From the NCBI GenBank assembly GCA_018711725.1, contig DVHX01000014.1:16184-80183 (forward strand): a DNA stretch of 64,000 nucleotides, read 5' to 3'. Shown here in pieces: positions 38,270-47,417 of this stretch. The notes under the pieces are model-generated. The model saw only the letters and a program-made list of their open reading frames with translations. It had not been told where the DNA came from and did not search any database. The position numbers were made by a program, and so were the translations under genes. Positions within the stretch are counted from its first letter, which is position 1, and each line of letters starts with the position of its first letter. The stretch is from Candidatus Cryptobacteroides pullicola (GTDB lineage Bacteria; Bacteroidota; Bacteroidia; Bacteroidales; UBA932).

Positions 38270-40273
38270 ATGCGTAAAAGTTCGAAGAAGTTCAGGCAGC
38301 ACCGCAAGAAAGTCTATCCCCAGGTCGAGGGAAGGGTGCAGATGACCCGCGAGGGCTATATTTTCGTGATAGTGGAAGGAGAGGACGAGGATGTGTTCGT
38401 CAAGGCGTCCAAGACGAAGCACGCCCTTGACGGCGACATAGTGAAAGTCGCGGTAACAAAACAGAGCAACAAGGAGAAGGGTAAGAGGAAGGAAGGCGAG
38501 GTGGTGGAGATAGTCCGCCGCTCGGGAAAGCCCTTCGTCGGAATATACCACAGCATAGGCGACCAGGCATGGGTGCTGATGCAGAGCAAGTCCATGCCCT
38601 ACGACATAGAGGTGGACCCGAAGGCCGCCGAGGAGGCGGGAGCCCGGAGCGGAATGAAGGTGGCCGTCGTAGTCGACGGCTGGGAGCGTAAGGCGACCAC
38701 TCCGCGCGGGCATCTTACCGATGTGCTCGGAGAGCCCGGAAAGAACGACACCGAGATGCATGCGATACTCGCCGAGTTCAACCTGCCCTACCGTTTCGAG
38801 CCCGAGGTCGAGAACGCTGCCGACAAGATTTCGGACGAGATTACGCCCGAAGACCTCAAGGGGCGCAAGGATTTCAGGGATGTGCTGACATTCACCATAG
38901 ACCCTGCCGACGCGAAGGACTTCGACGACGCCCTGTCGTTCCGCAGGCTGCCCGACGGCAACTACGAGGTGGGCGTGCATATCGCCGATGTCTCGCATTA
39001 TGTAAGGCCGGGCGGCATAGTCGACAAGGAGGCCCGCATGCGCGGAACCTCGGTATACCTTGTCGACCGCACCGTGCCCATGCTTCCCGAGAAGCTCTGC
39101 AACAAGCTCTGCTCGCTGCGTCCGGACGAAGACAAGCTCGTGTTCTCCGCCGTATTCGAGATGACTCCCGAAGCCAGGGTGCTCTCGAGCTGGATAGGCC
39201 GCGCCGTGATCAGGTCCGACCGCAGGCTGGACTACGACGGGGCGCAGAAGATCATCGAGGCTCCAGAAGTGCCGGAGTCCGATGCCCTTGCGGCGGCCAT
39301 ACGCGAGCTTAACCGCCTCGCGGGCCTCATGAAGGCCGAGGAGAGGAAGGCCGGGGCGATAGACTTCGACCGTCCGGAGATGAAGGTCGAGGTGGATCCG
39401 GAAGGAAAGCCCGTAAGGGTCTACGAGAAGATATCGAAGGAGGCCAACTGGTTGATTGAGGAGTTCATGCTGCTTGCCAACAGGACTGTGGCGGAATACG
39501 CCGCTACCGGCGGCAGGATGAACGGTGTCGCGGCCAAGTCTCCCAAGACCTTCGTCTACCGTATCCACGGAGAGCCCAACGAGGTCAAGCTCGAAGGGCT
39601 GCGCGTGTTCGCGAAGGGCTTCGGATACAGGGTCGAGAACGCGAAGGGGCGCGACATTGCCGCCGAGCTCAACCGCCTGCTCGACTCCGCCAAGGGCAAG
39701 CCCGAATATGCCGCCCTCGAGAACCTCGCACTGCGCTCTATGGCGAAGGCCGTCTACAGCACCGACAACATCGGCCATTTCGGCCTTGCGTTCAGGTTCT
39801 ACACGCACTTCACCTCGCCCATACGCCGTTATCCCGACCTCATGGTCCACCGCCTGCTGGCAAAGTACCTCGCCGGCGGCGCCTCGGAGGACAAGGAATA
39901 CTACGAGCAGGAGTGCCGCTACGCTTCCGAGAGGGAAATGGTGGCTGCCGATGCGGAGCGCACTTCGGTGAAATACAAGCTGGTCGAGTTCATGCAGGAC
40001 AAGATAGGGCAGGAATTCGACGGAACCGTTTCCGGCATCACCGAGTGGGGCATGTATGTCGAGATAGAGCCTACCAAGATAGAGGGCATGGTCGCCCTCA
40101 GGGAGATAAAGTCCGACTTCTTCGAGTTCGACGAGCCGCGCTACAGGCTGATAGGACGCAGGACGCGCAAGGTGTTCCGTCTCGGTGACAGCGTGCGCAT
40201 CAGGGTCAAGGAGGCCAATCTCGAGCAGCGCCTGCTCGACTACGAGCTTGTGGAGGATGAGACCGCCGCATGA
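38270..40273 (+). CDS. rnr: Ribonuclease R
   Basis: TIDPADAKDFDDALS, LIEEFMLLAN, YTHFTSPIRRYPDL, C-terminal S1 domain; TAAATTTG at 38245-38252 favours start 38270. Confidence 0.96.
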   Translation: MRKSSKKFRQHRKKVYPQVEGRVQMTREGYIFVIVEGEDEDVFVKASKTKHALDGDIVKVAVTKQSNKEKGKRKEGEVVEIVRRSGKPFVGIYHSIGDQAWVLMQSKSMPYDIEVDPKAAEEAGARSGMKVAVVVDGWERKATTPRGHLTDVLGEPGKNDTEMHAILAEFNLPYRFEPEVENAADKISDEITPEDLKGRKDFRDVLTFTIDPADAKDFDDALSFRRLPDGNYEVGVHIADVSHYVRPGGIVDKEARMRGTSVYLVDRTVPMLPEKLCNKLCSLRPDEDKLVFSAVFEMTPEARVLSSWIGRAVIRSDRRLDYDGAQKIIEAPEVPESDALAAAIRELNRLAGLMKAEERKAGAIDFDRPEMKVEVDPEGKPVRVYEKISKEANWLIEEFMLLANRTVAEYAATGGRMNGVAAKSPKTFVYRIHGEPNEVKLEGLRVFAKGFGYRVENAKGRDIAAELNRLLDSAKGKPEYAALENLALRSMAKAVYSTDNIGHFGLAFRFYTHFTSPIRRYPDLMVHRLLAKYLAGGASEDKEYYEQECRYASEREMVAADAERTSVKYKLVEFMQDKIGQEFDGTVSGITEWGMYVEIEPTKIEGMVALREIKSDFFEFDEPRYRLIGRRTRKVFRLGDSVRIRVKEANLEQRLLDYELVEDETAA

Positions 40274-40283
40274 GCGGCGTGTC

Positions 40284-41225
40284 CTATCTGAATTTCCTGT
40301 CTTCCTCGAGCATCCCGAGATAGGAGTTGTACCTTTCGGGGCTTATCTCGCCCCTGTCTACGGCGTCCTTGACTGCGCAGCCGGGTTCGTGGGTATGCGT
40401 GCACGGGATGAAGCGGCATCCGTCCGATACCCTCAGCATTTCGGGGAAATATTTCGAGATCTCCTCCTTTTCGAGGTCGACGAGTCCGAAGCCCCTTATC
40501 CCTGGGCTGTCTATCAGGAAGCCTCCGTCCCGGAGGCGGTACATCTCGTATAGCGAGGTTGTGTGGCGGCCCTGCAGGTGCGAGGCCGATATCCTGCCTG
40601 TCTTGGGGTCGAGGGAGGGGTCTATCGACTTTATGAGGCTCGACTTTCCGACGCCCGACTCTCCGGAGAACAGGCTCAGGCGGCCTTTGCACAGTTCCTT
40701 GAGCGCGTCTATGCCTTCTCCTGTCACCGTCGAGGACGGTATCACGCGGTATCCGGCACCTTCATAGGTGTGTATGAAGTGCGCCACCTCTTGCGGAGCC
40801 TCTGCACCGTAGAGGTCGATCTTGTTGAGGACTATCACCGCCGGGATTCCGTAGACTTCGCAGGTCACGAGTATGCGGTCGAGCAGCGGCAGTTTCAGTT
40901 CCGGGAAGAACAGGCTGACGGCTATTACGGCCTGGTCGATATTGGCGGCTATGATGTGCGACTGCCTCGAGAGGTTCGTGGACTTGCGTATCAGATAGTT
41001 GCTTCTCGGGAGGACTTCTGTTATCACAGCCGGATCCTGGGTGGAGATATGTTCCGGTGCCGTGAAACGCACCCTGTCGCCTACCGCCACGGGATTGGTC
41101 GCGCCGTTCATGGAAAGCCGCACCCTGCCCCTCAGCACGGCGGGGAACAGTTCCCATTCGGGCAGCCGGCTCAGCAGATAGTGGCTTCCGGCGTTCTTGA
41201 CTACAGTAGCCGTGCCTTCCGTCAT
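40284..41225 (-). CDS. rsgA: Ribosome small subunit-dependent GTPase
   Basis: LNKID, GESGVGKSSL, GRHTT, DSPGIR, CRFIPCTHTHEPGC. Confidence 0.96.
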   Translation of the reverse strand: MTEGTATVVKNAGSHYLLSRLPEWELFPAVLRGRVRLSMNGATNPVAVGDRVRFTAPEHISTQDPAVITEVLPRSNYLIRKSTNLSRQSHIIAANIDQAVIAVSLFFPELKLPLLDRILVTCEVYGIPAVIVLNKIDLYGAEAPQEVAHFIHTYEGAGYRVIPSSTVTGEGIDALKELCKGRLSLFSGESGVGKSSLIKSIDPSLDPKTGRISASHLQGRHTTSLYEMYRLRDGGFLIDSPGIRGFGLVDLEKEEISKYFPEMLRVSDGCRFIPCTHTHEPGCAVKDAVDRGEISPERYNSYLGMLEEDRKFR

Positions 41226-42202
41226 CTCGTCCTGCCTACAAGCCTGTCTGCAAACCGCCTTAGAACTTCCAGTGCGTCCTCCTGGAGTCCGACGCCCTGC
41301 ACGGCGTCCAGGGCCTCGCGGGTGAAGCGGTCGATCTCGTCCTTCGCGTCAGTGTCGACGCCGCCCCGTATATAGGCGTTGCGCACTGCCGTTATCTTGC
41401 CTGCCTTGAGTGCCTTGCTCTCCGCCTTGCGGGTGAATATGTCGAGGAAGGCGTCCTTGTCGTCAGTCTTCTCGAGGGTGCGCACTGTGAGCCAGCTCTT
41501 CTTGCCGTTTACTATATCGCCTCCTATGGGCTTGCCGAACACCTTCTCGTCTCCGAAGGTGTCGAGGTAGTCGTCGGCAATCTGGAACGCCATGCCGAGC
41601 TTGTAGCCGTATTCGTAGAGAGCCTTGCACTGCTGCCCGGACGCGCCTCCTATTATTGCGCCCATTTCGGCGGAGCAGGCTATCAGGACGGCCGTCTTGA
41701 GGCCTATCATCTTGTCGTAGGCGGCCATGCTCACCTCCCGCATGTCTTCGAACTCCATGTCGTACTGCTGTCCCTCGCATACCTGCGAGGCTGTCTTGGA
41801 AAACAGGTCCATGATCCTGTCCAGCACCCTGTGCGGAGCCTTGGCCACTCTCCTGTAGGCGTCGATGAGCATCACGTCACCGGAAAGGATGGCCGTGTCC
41901 TCGTTCCACTTCTTCCATACGGCGGGCATTCCGCGCCTCATCGGTGAGCGGTCCATTATGTCGTCGTGCATAAGGGTGAACGAGTGGAACACCTCGAGCG
42001 CGGCGGCGGGTGAGAGGATGTGCTCGCCGAAGTCGTCGGAGAAGAACGAGTATGCCGTGACGCACAACTGCGGCCGGACTCTCTTGCCGCCTATCTCTAT
42101 CATGTATCTGAGAGGGCCGTAGAGCCCTTTCGGCTCCGCGGCGAAGCGTATGTCCTCGAACATCCCGCGTATGATCCCGTCTATCCTTTCTTCTGTAATC
42201 AT
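41222..42202 (-). CDS. Polyprenyl synthetase (IspA/GGPP synthase-like)
   Basis: GGKRVRP, HSFTLMHDDIMD, CEGQQYD, FQIADDYLD; start placed at MITEER. Confidence 0.9.
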   Translation of the reverse strand: MITEERIDGIIRGMFEDIRFAAEPKGLYGPLRYMIEIGGKRVRPQLCVTAYSFFSDDFGEHILSPAAALEVFHSFTLMHDDIMDRSPMRRGMPAVWKKWNEDTAILSGDVMLIDAYRRVAKAPHRVLDRIMDLFSKTASQVCEGQQYDMEFEDMREVSMAAYDKMIGLKTAVLIACSAEMGAIIGGASGQQCKALYEYGYKLGMAFQIADDYLDTFGDEKVFGKPIGGDIVNGKKSWLTVRTLEKTDDKDAFLDIFTRKAESKALKAGKITAVRNAYIRGGVDTDAKDEIDRFTREALDAVQGVGLQEDALEVLRRFADRLVGRTR

Positions 42203-42361
42203 CTCACTGCTTGTCTGTTTTACGGCGAATTTACCATTATTTCGCCGTAATAGCAACAATGCCTGTCCTCAAAGCACCGCTGTCCTGTTCCATTCCCCAT
42301 CGCAGGTGCTTGCTCTTCTCGCGGGGGAGCGCTATCTTTACGCGAAACAGGAAGTATTGTT

Positions 42362-43009
42362 ATGAGACTTATCTTTGCGACCGGCAATGCCGGGAAGCTG
42401 CGCGAGGCGCGGGAGATACTCGGGCAGGGTGTTGAGGTCCTCTCGCAGGCGGAGGCCGGAATAGACGGGGATGTCGTGGAGGACGGAACGACGCTCGAAC
42501 AGAATTCGCTGATAAAGGCGAGGAGGATACACGAACTGTCGGGCGCAGATTGCTTCGCCGACGACACCGGGCTCGAGGTGGATGCCCTCGGAGGTGCGCC
42601 CGGAGTGCTTTCGGCCCGCTATGCCGCCAGTTTCGAAGGCTCGGGGGCGTGCAGCCATGATGCCCTTGCCAACATGCACCGCCTGCTTTCAGAACTCTCG
42701 GCACTGGGTCCCGGGGTGTCCCGCCGGGCACGTTTCCGCACCGTGGTGACGCTCTGCCTCGGCGGCGAGTACTTCAGCTTCGAGGGCGAGGTCGCGGGGA
42801 GCATAGGCTATGGGATGAAGGGGGACGGGGGCTTCGGCTACGACCCTGTATTCATACCGGACGGCTTCGGAGGCAGGACCATGGCCGAGATAAGCGAGGA
42901 GGAGAAGAACTCCGTATCGCACAGGGGCAGGGCTCTGAGGGCTATGGCCGCTTTTCTTGCCAGATATAGATCTTGTCGCCCCGGCGGAGCTTTCCCTGGG
43001 GGCAGATAG
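42362..43009 (+). CDS. rdgB: Non-canonical purine NTP pyrophosphatase
   Basis: FATGNAGK, ADDTGLEVDALGGAPGVLSARY, GFGYDPVF, SHRGRA. Confidence 0.95.
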   Translation: MRLIFATGNAGKLREAREILGQGVEVLSQAEAGIDGDVVEDGTTLEQNSLIKARRIHELSGADCFADDTGLEVDALGGAPGVLSARYAASFEGSGACSHDALANMHRLLSELSALGPGVSRRARFRTVVTLCLGGEYFSFEGEVAGSIGYGMKGDGGFGYDPVFIPDGFGGRTMAEISEEEKNSVSHRGRALRAMAAFLARYRSCRPGGAFPGGR

Positions 43010-44204
43010 ACGGGTCTACCGCTACCGAGCATCTGACGCCCTTGGGCGCCGTGTCGGCCTTTTCGAGGTTTACCCTGAGGTCGTCGACCCTGAATTCGAC
43101 GACTCCGGTGGTGGAGCCTATGGCCATGGCCCTGTCGCCGACATGCAGCGCTTCCGACTCTATGGAGATCTCGGCCACCGCTATCCTGTCGAACCAGTTG
43201 GTCACCTTGCCGCAGTAGATTTTCTTCATCGTGGCCTGCGAACCGTACACTTCGCTCCACTGTCCGAGGCGTGCGCCCTGGTAGTATCCGTCCCAGAAGC
43301 CGCGGTTGAACACTTCCGAGAGCTCTTTGCGCAGTCCTGCGGCCAGTTCGGGAGTATATGTGCCGTCGCATACCGCGTCGGCGGCCCTGCGGTAGCACGA
43401 AGCGCAGCGCTTCACATATTCGGCGGACCTCGCGCGGCCCTCTATCTTGAACACCTTGACGCCGCTTTCGACTATGCGGTCCATGAAGTCTATCGTGCAG
43501 AGGTCCTTGGGCGACATTATGTACTTGTTGTCTATGTCCAGCCTGTTGCCGGTCTCCAGGTCGGTGACTTCATATCCCCTGCGGCAGACCTGGTAGCATT
43601 CTCCGCGGTTGGCCGATGCGCCGTAGCTGTGCAGCGACAGGTAGCACTTGCCGCTTATGGCCATGCAGAGCGCGCCATGGGCGAACATCTCTATCCTTAC
43701 CTTCTTCCCCGAAGGGCCGCAGATGTCCTCGCGTTCTATAGTGTCGTAGATTTCCCTGACCTGTCCGAGGTTGAGCTCCCGCGCCAGCACCACCACATCG
43801 GCGAACGATGCATAGAAGCGCAGCGCCTCGGCGTTGGAAATGGACAGCTGGGTGGATATGTGCACCTCGAGGCCTATGCTGCGGCAGTACGAAATCGCCG
43901 CCATGTCGGAGGCTATCACCGCGTCCACCCCCGCCTCGCGCGCCGCGTCGAGGGTCTGCCGCATCGGGCCGAGGTCTTCTGGATACAGGACTATGTTGAG
44001 CGTCAGGTAGCTCCTGACTCCTGACTCCCGGCAGATGCGGACTATCTCGGGAAGGTCTTCCGGCCTGAAGTTGTTTGCGGAGTGGCTGCGCATGTTGAGG
44101 TGTCCGACGCCGAAATATACGGAATCGGCGCCTCCCTGTATGGCCGCGTGCAGGCATTCGAAATTGCCGGCCGGAGCCATTATTTCCAGTTCTGACTTCT
44201 GCAT
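42942..44204 (-). CDS. Peptidase U32 family protein (TrhP/PrtC-like)
   Basis: EIMAPAG, GADSVYFG, FAHGALCMAISGKC, NRGECYQVCRR, KIEGRAR. Confidence 0.9.
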   Translation of the reverse strand: MQKSELEIMAPAGNFECLHAAIQGGADSVYFGVGHLNMRSHSANNFRPEDLPEIVRICRESGVRSYLTLNIVLYPEDLGPMRQTLDAAREAGVDAVIASDMAAISYCRSIGLEVHISTQLSISNAEALRFYASFADVVVLARELNLGQVREIYDTIEREDICGPSGKKVRIEMFAHGALCMAISGKCYLSLHSYGASANRGECYQVCRRGYEVTDLETGNRLDIDNKYIMSPKDLCTIDFMDRIVESGVKVFKIEGRARSAEYVKRCASCYRRAADAVCDGTYTPELAAGLRKELSEVFNRGFWDGYYQGARLGQWSEVYGSQATMKKIYCGKVTNWFDRIAVAEISIESEALHVGDRAMAIGSTTGVVEFRVDDLRVNLEKADTAPKGVRCSVAVDPSICPQGKLRRGDKIYIWQEKRP

Positions 44205-44213
44205 GGGGCAAAG

Positions 44214-44858
44214 TTAGCCAATAAATTCGAACAATTCCGTCAGCACGGGCAGGGAGCGTATGTTGAGCGGGTAGTCGAGGTGGAAGCCCAGATACCTTAT
44301 GAGCCCCTCTGCGATTGCGCCGCGTGTCCTGCCGTTGAGGGGCAGGAGCATCGACGACGCGAAGTCGAGCCTGAGCAGGGCTTCGACTTGCGGAGAGCAG
44401 TCGCCGACGAAGGGTCTGAGGTCGGCGGCCTCGGGCGAGAATCCGAGGCAGACAGCAAGTTCCAGCAGGAAGCGCAGGTGGTAGTTGCTGAACTCGGAGT
44501 CGAGCGCGTCGAGGGTGAGTATGGACTTGCGGCACCAGTCGTAGAGCCCGTCACCCTCCGTGCCTTCACGTACCGCGCGGTAGAGCACTTCGCTCATGAA
44601 CAGGCAGATAGAGTTCTTTGCAAGGCTCGATCGGAGCCCGTCGAGCGGGTAGACCGTGCCTGCACCCCTGAGACGCCACAGATCGCTCCTCCTGTTCTCC
44701 ACCACCTCTGCCTCGAGTATGTTGAGCGGGAGGTACAGGGCCGGGGCGCGCCTTGCCACGGCCGTTATGAAGCTCCTGCGCCCGTATTCCCTGCTGAGGG
44801 CGTGTATTACCAGCGAACTGTCGGCCGTCTTGGTTGTGTTGAGGACTATCAGCTCCAT
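44214..44858 (-). CDS. recO: DNA repair protein RecO
   Basis: N-terminal OB-like DSSLVIHALSREYGRRSF, LFMSEVLY, FLLELAVCLGFSP, RGAIAEGLIRYLGFH. Confidence 0.8.
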   Translation of the reverse strand: MELIVLNTTKTADSSLVIHALSREYGRRSFITAVARRAPALYLPLNILEAEVVENRRSDLWRLRGAGTVYPLDGLRSSLAKNSICLFMSEVLYRAVREGTEGDGLYDWCRKSILTLDALDSEFSNYHLRFLLELAVCLGFSPEAADLRPFVGDCSPQVEALLRLDFASSMLLPLNGRTRGAIAEGLIRYLGFHLDYPLNIRSLPVLTELFEFIG

Positions 44859-46483
44859 TATACTGCTATCCTCTCGCTGGCGAGAGCCTGCCTCAGGGCA
44901 TCGTCGTAGCGCAGGCGCACGATGACCCCTGCGGGCTGGAAGTAGTACCTTACGACTATCTCCTCCTCTATCAGGGGTACTATCTCGTCTTTCTTGAGCC
45001 TGAGGAACTCTTCCTTCTCCATGTCGAGGGACTCCTCAAGGGCCTCTATCTGGGGTGCCATGGCATCCTTGAGCCCGTCCCTCTCGAGTTCGGTGCACAT
45101 TATGTCGAAGTAGGTCTTGGCCGTGGAGCGGTAGTCGAACTCCTTGTCCCTGGCGAAGGCTATGAAATCCTCGTAGTCCGCATCCGTGAGGCGGAACTCC
45201 TCTGCGGGCGCTATGGTCTCGTGGCGCCTTACATAGTCCAGTACGAACTCCTCTATGACGCCGTAGGCGACGAGCGAGTAGGACAGCCGGCTGTAGCTGT
45301 GGGGCTCGATAGTGACGTCGGGGGTGATTCCGCCGCCGTCACGCACTATCCTTCCGGCAGCCGTCCTGAACTCGTTGGTCAGAGAGTCGGGAATCTGGCT
45401 GACGCTGCCGTCCTCGTTCCTGTGCGAGTAGTCGATAGCCTGCACGCAGCGTCCCGAGGGGGTATAGTATTTTGCGGTGGTCACCTTCAGCTCTCCTCCG
45501 TAGGGCAGGCTCCTTATGGACTGCACGAGGCCCTTGCCGAAGGTCCTGGTGCCCATTATCGTGGCCCTGTCCATGTCCTGCAGGGCTCCGGCCACGATTT
45601 CCGAGGACGATGCCGATCCGGAGTCTACCATGACAATCAGGTCGAGCTTCGTGTCTACCGGCTCCCGGGTTGTCCTGACCACATAGTTGGCGTCCTTCTC
45701 CCTGCCCTTGGCGGTCACGACGAGAGAACCCTTCGGCACGAATATCGACACTATCTCCGCAGCCTCGGAGAGCAGTCCGCCTCCGTTGCCGCGCAGGTCG
45801 AGCACCAGCGTGCGCATGCCCTGCTTCTTGAGGTTCACCACTTCGTCGCGGACTTCCCCTGAGACTCCCTCGGAGAATCCCGTCAGCAGTATGTACCCGG
45901 TGGTGTCGTCGACCATGCCTGCGTACTGCATGTCCGGCAGGTGGATTTTCTCGCGTGTCACCTCGAGGTCGACGATCTCGCCGGTGTAGACTTTCTTCAC
46001 CTTGAACCTGACCTTGGTGCCGGGTTCTCCTTTCATCCTCTCGCTGCACTGCTGGGAGTTCAGGCCTATGACGGATGTCGTGTCAATCTGCATTATCTCG
46101 TCGCCGCAGCGCAGCCCGTACTTGTGGGCCGGGGAGCCTTCGTAGGGCTCGTTGATTATCACGTTGCCGTTGACGTCGGGCTTGTAGATGACCGCGCCTA
46201 TTCCGCCGTAGGTGTTGCTTATCATCAGCTGCAGGTCCTCGTTCTCCTCGGCGGGGATGTAGACGGTATAGGGGTCGAGCCCGGAGAGCATCGCGTCCAC
46301 TCCGCGGCGCTCGATAGCGTCGACGGGCAGCGAGTCCACATAGGAGGTGCTGAGTTCCTTGAGTATCGCGGTGTGGATCTCGGTCCACTTGCCGAGCCTG
46401 AAGTTCCGCGACTGTGCGCTGCAGACCACCGTACACAGGCCTGCGGCGAGCGATATGAGAATTGTTCTTGCCTTCATCGTCAT
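44858..46483 (-). CDS. S41 family carboxyl-terminal protease
   Basis: LDPYT, YGGIG PDZ domain, VLDLRGNGGGLL, SASSSEIVAG, TFGKGLVQ. Confidence 0.93.
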   Translation of the reverse strand: MTMKARTILISLAAGLCTVVCSAQSRNFRLGKWTEIHTAILKELSTSYVDSLPVDAIERRGVDAMLSGLDPYTVYIPAEENEDLQLMISNTYGGIGAVIYKPDVNGNVIINEPYEGSPAHKYGLRCGDEIMQIDTTSVIGLNSQQCSERMKGEPGTKVRFKVKKVYTGEIVDLEVTREKIHLPDMQYAGMVDDTTGYILLTGFSEGVSGEVRDEVVNLKKQGMRTLVLDLRGNGGGLLSEAAEIVSIFVPKGSLVVTAKGREKDANYVVRTTREPVDTKLDLIVMVDSGSASSSEIVAGALQDMDRATIMGTRTFGKGLVQSIRSLPYGGELKVTTAKYYTPSGRCVQAIDYSHRNEDGSVSQIPDSLTNEFRTAAGRIVRDGGGITPDVTIEPHSYSRLSYSLVAYGVIEEFVLDYVRRHETIAPAEEFRLTDADYEDFIAFARDKEFDYRSTAKTYFDIMCTELERDGLKDAMAPQIEALEESLDMEKEEFLRLKKDEIVPLIEEEIVVRYYFQPAGVIVRLRYDDALRQALASERIAV

Positions 46484-46504
46484 GTTATATCGTATCTGAA
46501 GATT

Positions 46505-47350
46505 CTATGATGCGGAGAGCAGCAGGGTCAGTCCTGCAAGCAATATGCCTAAGTCGACCGCCTTGTCGCGTATGTTGTGCTCCCCGAACAGCAGCGCCCC
46601 GCCCAGGAACGTTATCACTACCGAGCTTCTGCGTATCATGGATACCACCGACAGCAGCGCGTCGTCCTGCTTTACGGCGAAAAAGTACAGTGCGTCCGAA
46701 ACCGTTATCAGCACCGCTATCAGCACTATCGTCCAGTCCCAGCGGAACTTCCCGGCCGTGCCCCTGCCCGACAGGTGCCGCGCGAGCATTACTGCGGCGA
46801 GCACCGCAGTGATGTAGAGGTTGGCCCAGCTCTGCACGAACATCGGCTCCATGGTCTGGAGTATGTACTTGTCGTACAGGGCGCTTGCCGAGCCTGTCAG
46901 TATCGACAGCAGCATCCATGCCACGCCCCTGCTGCGGCTGAACCTTATTCCGTCCTTTTTGCTGGAGCGTCCCAGCAGGTAGAGGGCTCCTATCACCAGT
47001 ACGACTCCCGCCCACTGCCAGATGTTGAGCCTCTCTCCGAAAAGTATTATGGAGAAGATGACGACGAACATCGGTCGGGACGCCTTCAGCGTGCTTGCCG
47101 TCGTGAGCGGAAGCAGTCTCATCGCCTCCAGTCCCGAAATCCATGACGAGGACACCAGCAGGGCCTTGATTACCAGCCTGAGGTGGTCTCCGGCCGACCC
47201 GCCGCTGAGGAAAGGGCAGAGGAACAGCGTCGTCAGGGCGGTCGAGAACAGAAGTATCCACAACACACCGTTGCGTTTCAGCGCCTGTTTCTTTGCGATG
47301 TCATAGCATCCGAGCAGCAGGGCCGAGCCCACAGTCATCCAAAGCCACAT
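46505..47350 (-). CDS. EamA/DMT family transporter
   Basis: About 10 TM helices in two repeats, [18 protein letters not shown]; start placed at MWLWM. Confidence 0.85.
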   Translation of the reverse strand: MWLWMTVGSALLLGCYDIAKKQALKRNGVLWILLFSTALTTLFLCPFLSGGSAGDHLRLVIKALLVSSSWISGLEAMRLLPLTTASTLKASRPMFVVIFSIILFGERLNIWQWAGVVLVIGALYLLGRSSKKDGIRFSRSRGVAWMLLSILTGSASALYDKYILQTMEPMFVQSWANLYITAVLAAVMLARHLSGRGTAGKFRWDWTIVLIAVLITVSDALYFFAVKQDDALLSVVSMIRRSSVVITFLGGALLFGEHNIRDKAVDLGILLAGLTLLLSAS

Positions 47351-47417
47351 AAATTTTCGTTCTGTACGGGCTCCAAAGATAGTCAAAAGCTGAGAAAATT
47401 TGTGCATCTTTGCCTGA

